A stretch of 63,816 bases of DNA, the filler included, from Octopus bimaculoides (Eukaryota): NCBI RefSeq assembly GCF_001194135.2. It is 6 parts of 6 records of this genome, joined end to end, with 100 filler letters (N's around TTAATTAATTAA, not from the genome) between each part and the next. Parts side by side here need not be neighbours in the genome. Positions count along the whole stretch, not along the records: positions 1 to 22,918 come from NC_068986.1; 5 more parts are not named here. One strand, written 5' to 3'. Below the pieces are notes generated by a model, which worked only from the letters and a program-made list of their open reading frames with translations, searched no databases and was not told the origin of the DNA. Below are positions 1 to 9,572 of the stretch, one piece after another. The position numbers and the translations under genes were made by a program. Position 1 is the stretch's first letter, and every line of letters starts with the position of its first letter.

Positions 1-23
1 ATATATATATATATACATATATA

Positions 24-171
24 CGACGGGCTTTTTTCAGTTTCCGTCTACCAAATCCACTCACAAGGCTTTGGTCGGCCCGAGGCTATAGTAGAAGACA
101 CTTGCCCAAGATTTCATGCAGTGGGACTGAACCCGTAACCATGTGGTTTGTAAGCAAGCTACTTACCACAC
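24..171 (-). mobile_element. SINE family A, 5' half
   Basis: Reverse complement of about 25023-25172. Confidence 0.85.
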
Positions 172-175
172 ACAC

Positions 176-220
<45 letters not shown>

Positions 221-331
221 TGTGTTTTATTCACTAAAGCACATTGCCATGATTTCTACCAACGGTTCTAACGACTGCACTATAAACGCCACAACACAAC
301 CGACACCAGTAACAATAACGAACATAAAAAC

Positions 332-500
332 ACTACTACTACTACGACGACGACGACGACGAAGACGATGATGACTACTACTACAACTACAACTACTATG
401 ACTACTACTACAACTACTACTACGACTACTACTACTATGACTACTACTACTATGACTACTACTACGACTACTACAATTACTACTACTACTACTACTACTA
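332..500. repeat. Compound (CTA/CGA/TGA)n trinucleotide microsatellite
   Basis: Directly visible. Confidence 0.95.
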
Positions 501-1840
501 TGAAAACAATAATAATAAATATAGGAGTAGGAAGAAGAAAAAGAAGGAGGAGGTGGAGNNNNNNNNNNTGGAGGAGGTGGAGTGGAGGGGACCTGCAGAA
601 ATAATGCCTGTATGAACAGTCCCATTCACCAATCAGCCATACTTTAAATCGTCTCCCTAAAATCACTCGACAGCAACAACAATAAAGAGACGACTACAAG
701 AACAATTTCTATAAGAGATTACCATCAAAGACATCTTTATAATCTGCTCCACCCACACGATTTCTTATTTACAAATGCGCGATTGCTTATTTATGTGTAT
801 ATGCGTGTGTATGTGTGCGTGTGTAAGCATTGTTAACAGAGTGTATATATATGTATATACATACACTACACACACACGCACCCATATATGTCATGTAAAT
901 ATTGCGAGAATTTTGGTAACTGACACGGACGGACATGAAGACAACTATATATTCACAAACACAGATATATTTGGAAATATGTGTATATATGTGTGTGTGC
1001 ACGTGTGTGTGTGTGTGTGTGTGAATGTATATCTACGTGTGTGTATGTATATTTATATACACATAAACACGCACCTTAATGTTTGTTTTCATGCCCGGTT
1101 ATATATAAAAACAGTCAACATTAATCGAAGGCTCACTCAATGACATTCAAACGAGTATCGGATTATTTTGTACAAAAAATAGGTCCACAGTAACTTCAAA
1201 GTTTCGGTTTAATTGCATGCGTCATACACACACACACGTGCATGCGTCATACACACACACATTATATTGATTATGCATAAGAATATCAAAACATCTTGAA
1301 GTTATCACAAAACTTACTGAATGTGGAAGACTGATTTCAGTGGTTTTGACTCACTTTTACTGGAAGATATGGATCAATTTGTCTAGTTTCTAGTTTTATC
1401 AGACCTTCGTCAGGGAGAAAGCTCATCTCCAGTTCGAATACAGAAATTACTGTCTAATTGCTTCTGATGATGTTTAAAATGACAATTAGAGCTAAACCGG
1501 TTTGTCTGATTTTCATAACAGTTCTTGCAATAATAACGTAGATTGATAAGTTGATAAATGAACGAACGAATGAATGAATTACTGACTGAATTAATGATTA
1601 AATGAATGAATAATGCATTGTATAGAATTTATAATTCAAGTTGTATAATATTTTTTTAATTGTTTCAATCAATAGACTGCAGCCCCTCTTTTGAAACTAT
1701 CCATACCAAGCTTATACCTGAGAGATGTTTGAACCAGTAAAAAACATTTCATTGCAATTTGTCAAAAAATCTCTCAAATATATTTAAACTGCTATTAAGT
1801 TTATTTACTCTCAGTCATTGTTTTGCGCCTCTACTCACAA

Positions 1841-1871
<31 letters not shown>

Positions 1872-2177
1872 AGGAATAATTAATAATTTTTCCCTTATGA
1901 GGTTTTTCACGCTTAACTACTTGATAAATTCTTATAAAGATTTTATCCTATATTTAAATATATCGGTATATATATAGACACGTCATTGACATACAAACAT
2001 ATTCATGCATCATTATACTTGCAAACACTAAAAAGAAACATATACATACATACATACATACATACATACATACATACATACATACAAGCATACACAGGCA
2101 AACAGGCAAACATATGCATATATCTACTAATATATAAATATCTACACATACATATATGTATGTATGCATATATATAT

Positions 2178-2249
2178 AAATTTAATGAATGGAGTAAAAC
2201 GCATATGTTATGCAGTTAACATATGCGTTTTACTCCATTCATTAAATTT
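2178..2249. repeat. Perfect inverted repeat, 33-bp arms, 6-nt loop
   Basis: AAATTTAATGAATGGAGTAAAACGCATATGTTA-TGCAGT-TAACATATGCGTTTTACTCCATTCATTAAATTT. Confidence 0.95.
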
Positions 2250-2394
2250 TTATATATACTCAAGTACCCAAAATATCAAGGAGTTTCTACCTCATAAACA
2301 GCAGTTACACCACAGTTATTGTGTGATCTTTGCTGGTATCTATTAACCAATTTATTTTGTCCGAGTTATTTATTAATTAGGAGAAAATAAATAC

Positions 2395-2426
<32 letters not shown>

Positions 2427-2925
2427 TATATANNNNNNNNNNNNNNNNNNNNNNNNNNNNNNNNNNNNNNNNNNNNNNNNNNNNNNNNNNNNNNNNNNNN
2501 NNNNNNNNNNNNNNNNNNNNNNNNNNNNNNNNNNNNNNNNNNNNNNNNNNNNNNNNNNNNNNNNNNNNNNNNNNNNNNNNNNNNNNNNNNNNNNNNNNNN
2601 NNNNNNNNNNNNNNNNNNNNNNNNNNNNNNNNNNNNNNNNNNNNNNNNNNNNNNNNNNNNNNNNNNNNNNNNNNNNNNNNNNNNNNNNNNNNNNNNNNNN
2701 NNNNNNNNNNNNNNNNNNNNNNNNNNNNNNNNNNNNNNNNNNNNNNNNNNNNNNNNNNNNNNNNNNNNNNNNNNNNNNNNNNNNNNNNNNNNNNNNNNNN
2801 NNNNNNNNNNNNNNNNNNNNNNNNNNNNNNNNNNNNNNNNNNNNNNNNNNNNNNNNNNNNNNNNNNNNNNNNNNNNNNNNNNNNNNNNNNNNNNNNNNNN
2901 NNNNNNNNNNNNNNNNNNNNNNNNN

Positions 2926-2963
<38 letters not shown>

Positions 2964-3239
2964 CATATAATATATATAAAGAGAGAAAGAGGAAGAGAGA
3001 GTGATATTCATAGACATAAACGCGTATATGTATATATATGTATATGTGTATGCATGTGTACGTATGAGCGTGTATATGTATGTATATCTATATATATGTA
3101 TGTAATAAAGCATATTACTCTACGTCCGGTATTCGAATATAACTTTTTCCCACCTTGTTTCACATTTATGTGCTTACTCTGGTGTACCCCACTTCTTTTC
3201 AAGAAAGTTTGAGTGACTCTCCACAAGTAGGAAGAAGAA

Positions 3240-4253
3240 ATACCTGAAACGATGGAACTCTACCTGTTGGATTTTCCTATGAAAAAAACATATCTGTGCC
3301 AACGCAGAAGCAATAGTTCAAATGAGAAAACGGAAAATTTTATCCGAAGAACGAGATGGCGGACTTATTTCTTTGACATGAACGAGCAATAGAATAACAG
3401 AAATAAGTTAAAAAAAAAACACCACATATTTTAGAATTAGAAGCTTTTGAAAAATACTTTTTTCCGTAAGATCAGCAATTCGCTCCAGAGAACTATGAAC
3501 GAAAAAAGTAGAAACACAAAGAGCTCAAGTAAGGGTTGCGTGAAATCCAACAAAACAAAAAAGCTTATATGCGGTTGAAAAAGATCTTTACAAACGACTT
3601 CTTTCTAGCATTACAGACACTTATAAAAAACAAACTAACACTAATTTATGTAAAGAGGTGAATATAGAAGCAAGAAGTATCGCTACTTATCTTAGTTAGT
3701 GATAGGATTGAATACTTTCCCCTACGCTGACCCTTTCCTCCCCTTAAGAACTACAAAGCCAGTTTTAGTAGAAACCCTAAATATAGACTAATTAACCCAG
3801 CAAAAACAGAAATAGGTATTATTAACAAGAATATCTTAGATTCTATTTTAAATAAGTCAGATGGGGAGTTAGATTTATGGATTTGGGGAAGAAGTAAGTC
3901 AACTATAGATTGGCTCAAGAGAATTAGACATAAAAGTAACTATAAATTATACGCAGTTCGATATTGCTGACTTTTACCCTTTAATATCCAGGCCTCTTCT
4001 TCCTAAGGCATTACATTTCGCCAAACAATACATCATCGACAGTTTGGATATGGATATTATCCTGCATGCCAGGAAATCCCACCTCTTTTATGAAGATTTT
4101 ACCTGGGTTAAAAATCAAGAGGACCCGTTATTCGATGTGACGATGGGGGTGAATGACGGGGCAAAATTATGTATGCTTATAGGAGCTTATATTTTGCATA
4201 AGCTTCATCTAGAATTTCCTTTTAAAGATGCAGGATTATACAGGGATGACGGT

Positions 4254-4256
<3 letters not shown>
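3240..4256 (+). mobile_element. Degenerate Penelope-like element (PLE) reverse transcriptase fragment
   Basis: Frameshifted translation gives ENFIRRTRWRTYFF ... YRLINPAKTEIGIINKNILD ... QFDIADFYP ... ILHARKSHLF ... FDVTMGVNDGAKLC..IG.YIL ... GLYRDDGL, the PLE-type RT motifs. Ends right after YRDDGL at a (TA)n tract. Confidence 0.85.
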
Positions 4257-4288
<32 letters not shown>

Positions 4289-4736
4289 AGCTATTAGACC
4301 ATTAAACTGCAGTCATGCTGGGGCACAATGTTGAAGAACATTAGGCGCACGAATAAAGCATAGTATTTGTAAGCTTGAAACTTATCCTTTTACCCTCTTT
4401 TGTCAACCCGCTAGGTTACCGAGGGATCAACACACACCCACACCGGTTTTAAAACGGTGGTGAGACAAGCACAGCTCACACACACACACGCGTGATCATA
4501 CACACGCATATGCAAAACACGAAATAAAGAGAAAAAGAGAAGGACAAAAGGAGAGAAAGAGAGGGGGAGAAAACTATCAATATAAAGTTAGAGGGGTTCA
4601 CAAACAAATAAGGTGACGCGGGGAAATATTCGACACAATACGTCTTTATAGAACTAAACTAACATGGCCCACGCCCCCACACATGATACAAAGTATTTAT
4701 ATATGTATATATAGATATACACATTATATATGTGAT

Positions 4737-4790
<54 letters not shown>

Positions 4791-4795
4791 GTATA

Positions 4796-4828
<33 letters not shown>

Positions 4829-4918
4829 GTATGTACATATATATAGTGTATGCATATATACATATANNNNNNNNNNNNNNNNNNNNNNNNNNNNNNNNNN
4901 NNNNNNNNNNNNNNNNNN

Positions 4919-4973
<55 letters not shown>

Positions 4974-5130
4974 GTGTACGTGAGTGTATATATATGTATG
5001 TGCACGTATGAGTGATGCGTATGAATGTGTATTATATCTATCTACCTATCTATCTATCTGTCCATTTTAAGCATAGACTTGTAACAAAAAAGAGACAAAA
5101 AGAGAGAAGGTACTTACTTTCATGTACCTT

Positions 5131-5245
5131 TAAAAAAAAAGCCTGAGGTGACCGTGGTCTTTTCCGTAGGCTTTTCTCTCCACGGATAAACCTAATCTGT
5201 TCCCCGTTTTTTTACATCGACTGTGATACACGATCCCTATTGATC
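5131..5245 (+). mobile_element. Fragment of the same Tx1-like 3' UTR
   Basis: GTGGTC..TCCACGGATAAACCTAATCTGTT..CTGTGATACAC..CTATTGATC matches the reverse complement of 62135-62229. Confidence 0.7.
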
Positions 5246-5412
5246 NNNNNNNNNNNNNNNNNNNNNNNNNNNNNNNNNNNNNNNNNNNNNNNNNNNNNNN
5301 NNNNNNNNNNNNNNNNNNNNNNNNNNNNNNNNNNNNNNNNNNNNNNNNNNNNNNNNNNNNNNNNNNNNNNNNNNNNNNNNNNNNNNNNNNNNNNNNNNNN
5401 NNNNNNNNNNNN

Positions 5413-5468
<56 letters not shown>

Positions 5469-5571
5469 ATGTATGTATGTATGTATATATAAATATTGTA
5501 CATACATATATAGACAGTCAGATAAGCAGACAGACAGATAGATACATACATAGACAGATGGATAGACAGAG

Positions 5572-5602
<31 letters not shown>

Positions 5603-6450
5603 CAGATATCTTTTTATTATAGCCACACAGGGCTAAATACAGAAAATGGACAAATTACAAAGTAGAGCTTTGGGGGGTGGGGATGATNNNNNNNNNNNNN
5701 NNNNNNNNNNNNNNNNNNNNNNNNNNNNNNNNNNNNNNNNNNNNNNNNNNNNNNNNNNNNNNNNNNNNNNNNNNNNNNNNNNNNNNNNNNNNNNNNNNNN
5801 NNNNNNNNNNNNNNNNNNNNNNNNNNNNNNNNNNNNNNNNNNNNNNNNNNNNNNNNNNNNNNNNNNNNNNNNNNNNNNNNNNNNNNNNNNNNNNNNNNNN
5901 NNNNNNNNNNNNNNNNNNNNNNNNNNNNNNNNNNNNNNNNNNNNNNNNNNNNNNNNNNNNNNNNNNNNNNNNNNNNNNNNNNNNNNNNNNNNNNNNNNNN
6001 NNNNNNNNNNNNNNNNNNNNNNNNNNNNNNNNNNNNNNNNNNNNNNNNNNNNNNNNNNNNNNNNNNNNNNNNNNNNNNNNNNNNNNNNNNNNNNNNNNNN
6101 NNNNNNNNNNNNNNNNNNNNNNNNNNNNNNNNNNNNNNNNNNNNNNNNNNNNNNNNNNNNNNNNNNNNNNNNNNNNNNNNNNNNNNNNNNNNNNNNNNNN
6201 NNNNNNNNNNNNNNNNNNNNNNNNNNNNNNNNNNNNNNNNNNNNNNNNNNNNNNNNNNNNNNNNNNNNNNNNNNNNNNNNNNNNNNNNNNNNNNNNNNNN
6301 NNNNNNNNNNNNNNNNNNNNNNNNNNNNNNNNNNNNNNNNNNNNNNNNNNNNNNNNNNNNNNNNNNNNNNNNNNNNNNNNNNNNNNNNNNNNNNNNNNNN
6401 NNNNNNNNNNNNNNNNNNNNNNNNNNNNNNNNNNNNNNNNNNNNNNNNNN

Positions 6451-6527
<77 letters not shown>

Positions 6528-7374
6528 GTGCACATTTGTATATATGCATACATACACACACACACGTTTATGTATACATATGTATATATACATACATTTA
6601 TATACACACATATGTGTGTGTGTGTGTATACATACACACACACATATGCCAACAATCACTCACATGAATATATACACAGTTATATACATTTATCCATATC
6701 CATATATTTGTTTTTCTGTCTTCGCTGTGTTGGCGTGTGCTTGAATGTGTGCTCCTGCGACTTGGTTGCGGGTTTGGTGTATATTATGAGCATACATGTA
6801 TGTAGGTTTATGTTCGTGTGGGTGTGTTTGTGCGTAAGTAAAGGAATGTACAAGTCAAAAAAGACACTTGAATATAAACCAATTAAAAACGGTTGCTAGT
6901 AACATAGACCTTTTCTTATCTCTTTCGCAAGAGACTGACACAAAAGCGTGCTCTAACAAAACAAGTTTGCGTCGCTTTCTGAAGACACAAATGATGTCAG
7001 TTTGAAGTTTAACAAACTTATATTGATCGCCACATTAAACAAACATACCTACAACTATGTAGAGCAATATGTGCTTAGATGTGTACTTACATAGAGACAT
7101 TCACACGCACGCACACACACACAGACACACACACAGGTACACAGATGTGTATGTATCTATGTAGATATGCATACACGCAATCATTCACGCATTCATTCTT
7201 TCATACATATATACAGGCGTATATGCATATCTGTAACTCTGTTGATCGGCATTTATACGTACGCGCGTATGCGTGTAGATAATAAATAGATAGATAGATA
7301 GATAGATATATAGATAGTGGAAGAGTGTGACTTGGTGGCTTGCATGTTGCGTTGATGCTCGTAAGATTGTAGCT

Positions 7375-7500
7375 TGAATTTCACGTTGCTCCAGTCCACT
7401 CAGCTGGCAAAAATGAGTAATCCTGCGAGTGACCGACGTCCAGTCTATGAGGAAAATATATACACCACAGAATCAAGGAAACCGGCGGCCTTATGAGCCT
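7375..7500 (+). mobile_element. Diverged SINE sharing the CCACTCAGCTGGCAAAAATGAG block but with a different tail
   Basis: TTTCACGTTGCTCCAGTCCACTCAGCTGGCAAAAATGAG matches the reverse complement of 50545-50590. Confidence 0.55.
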
Positions 7501-8352
7501 ATGGCATGGGCTGGCCCTTTGGTCCTTTTTTATTATATATACTCACACGCACGCACGCAAGCACACACACACACACAAACCAGTATTAGTAGAACTTTTA
7601 AATTATCTGTCAATTTTCGAGCAAAATTTACCATATATACTTTTTTTTCATCAGTGTTGTTTTGTTCACCTTGTTGGAGAGGTTATTNNNNNNNNNNNNN
7701 NNNNNNNNNNNNNNNNNNNNNNNNNNNNNNNNNNNNNNNNNNNNNNNNNNNNNNNNNNNNNNNNNNNNNNNNNNNNNNNNNNNNNNNNNNNNNNNNNNNN
7801 NNNNNNNNNNNNNNNNNNNNNNNNNNNNNNNNNNNNNNNNNNNNNNNNNNNNNNNNNNNNNNNNNNNNNNNNNNNNNNNNNNNNNNNNNNNNNNNNNNNN
7901 NNNNNNNNNNNNNNNNNNNNATATATATATATATAATTTCGGTTAGGAATCGAACTTAAGTTAACTAGAAGTGTTTTAAAATATGTACATTAAATTATAT
8001 TCCATCAACCAATGAAATTAAACTATTCTTTTCTAGATTCTCGAGAATCTTGTTTAATGCTCAAAGTGTTCTGCTGTTTTGTTGAAATTTATATAAATAT
8101 TGGTCATTCATTGAATTTTTTTTAGAGTAGCAGCCACCGTTTAATTGATAGCGCTTAGCCGAATTTGACGCCGTTTATAACTTGCTGTCTGAATTTTCCC
8201 TGTCGAATAATTTATTCGTCGTCCATGAAACACAACTTGGGGCGTATGTAGATTGTTATATTTTGTGAAATATCATTGTCAATGACTCTTTGTTTGAAGT
8301 TTTGAATCGATATTGCAGCTTTCCAATCTCATATTTCTGATTATTTAGTGTC

Positions 8353-8384
8353 ATTTTTTTTTTTTTCTTTTAATTTCATTCTAG
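8353..8384 (+). promoter_or_regulatory. Candidate 3' splice acceptor (polypyrimidine tract plus CTAG) in the 5' UTR of the H1-like gene
   Basis: T-rich tract TTTTTTTTTTTTTCTTTTAATTTCATTCTAG ending 147 nt before the ATG; possible donor GTATGT at 8244-8249. Confidence 0.3.
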
Positions 8385-8530
8385 ATTTACCAAACTGACT
8401 CAAATTGTGGATTTTTTGTGCGTGGAAGCCATCCTCCTGAAGTGCACGATATTTTAAAGACTAGTTTTGTTGCTACTTTTTTTATCTCTTTTGGTAAAGT
8501 TTTCTTCTATTTAGAAGTTGTAATCTAATC

Positions 8531-9463
8531 ATGGATACTGGAAATGAATGCTACTCCGTCGAAGGAACTTCTGAAAAAGCGTCAGTTCAAGCTGTTAACA
8601 CTAAGAATTTGATAAAACCGGCTGGAGGAAAACGCTCACGGCGCCCTCCACCAGCTTCTGTATCTAGAAACAAAACGCCAACGAAAAGTTCGACTCGTAA
8701 AGAACCGAAACCTGGTGCCAAACACCCGAAATACCGTTCAATGATTATGACGGCAATCGATAGTAAGATTTCGCGGAATGGTGTTTCATTGAGAGCGATA
8801 TTAAATTATATCCAAGCGACTTTTGAAGTGAGTTCAAATTCGAAGTTCGTCAACACGCAAGTGAAAAAAGCGTTGGCGAATATGGTTGAGGATTGTGTGG
8901 CTATTTTAGTGACTGGCACGATAGGAACAGGTTACTTTAAATTGAAGTCTTCACAGAAATCCAAATCTAAAAGTGGCGGCAACAGCAATGTGAAGGCTAA
9001 TAAAAAGGCCCACAAGAAACTACTCCTTACCAAAAGTGGGCAGTCTAATTTAGATGATATGAACTCGACATTTACTAAATCCCCAGGAACCAGCAAATCT
9101 ACTAAAACGAAATCAAGAGAACTTGGTAAAGTAAATACTCCGCATCAAACGAAAACCAAAAGAGTTATTTCATCTAAAAGAAAGTCTCTCTTACCAAAAA
9201 ACCTGAAACGATCCAGTCTTTTGCATAGACGAAAATCTGTTTCAAAAGATTCTACAAAGAAATCTGGTTCAAAGAAGTCCAAAGCTAAGAGTCCTAACAA
9301 AGTTCCAGAGAAATCAGTTAAAAAACCAAAAAATATTCAGAAGAAACCACTCGCACAAGTCGAACGAAAATCGCCGAAGGTGAAAGAAGAATTATCAAAA
9401 GCCAGTAAAGCTACCAAATCGAAGTCCGTAGTTCAAAACTCTAAGAGGCAACTTTCGAAATAG
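8531..9463 (+). CDS. Divergent linker histone H1/H5-family protein (310 aa), single coding exon
   Basis: Uninterrupted ATG-TAG ORF. aa 65-138 (HPKYRSMIMTAIDSKISRNGVSLRAILNYIQATFEV...QVKKALANMV...VTGTIGTGYFKL) matches the H15 winged-helix pattern HPxYxxMI..AI....R.G.S..AI..YI...GxFKL. Basic N-tail and long Lys/Ser-rich C-tail with S/T-P-x-K motifs (TPTK, SPNK). Subtype cannot be assigned by eye. Confidence 0.92.
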   Translation: MDTGNECYSVEGTSEKASVQAVNTKNLIKPAGGKRSRRPPPASVSRNKTPTKSSTRKEPKPGAKHPKYRSMIMTAIDSKISRNGVSLRAILNYIQATFEVSSNSKFVNTQVKKALANMVEDCVAILVTGTIGTGYFKLKSSQKSKSKSGGNSNVKANKKAHKKLLLTKSGQSNLDDMNSTFTKSPGTSKSTKTKSRELGKVNTPHQTKTKRVISSKRKSLLPKNLKRSSLLHRRKSVSKDSTKKSGSKKSKAKSPNKVPEKSVKKPKNIQKKPLAQVERKSPKVKEELSKASKATKSKSVVQNSKRQLSK

Positions 9464-9566
9464 GATTTTTCTTTCAATGTAACGCCACCCGCTTATCTCT
9501 CATATCAAGATGTTTTAAACAATACAATGAAATTCCGTTTCATCCTTACTTACAACATTACTCTGT

Positions 9567-9572
9567 ATTAAA
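9567..9572 (+). promoter_or_regulatory. Candidate polyadenylation signal (ATTAAA) of the H1-like gene; alternative AATAAA at 9994-9999
   Basis: First hexamer about 100 nt after the stop; no histone stem-loop (GGYYCTTTTCAGRRCC-like) seen downstream. Such hexamers are common in AT-rich DNA. Confidence 0.3.

Noticed and set aside
227-625. Minus-strand ORF MGLFIQALFLQVPSTPPPP... with an acceptor-like TTTCTGCAG
   Set aside because: Almost entirely trinucleotide and purine-rich repeat translation; no homology signal.
1215-1260. Local tandem duplications (also 18805-18835 and 45605-45655)
   Set aside because: Ordinary slippage products of 10-25 bp units.
102-7959. Many long ORFs such as poly-(YI), (HT), (CV), poly-T and X-filled frames (also throughout 14-55 kb)
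   Set aside because: Translations of microsatellites and N gaps; no domain content.
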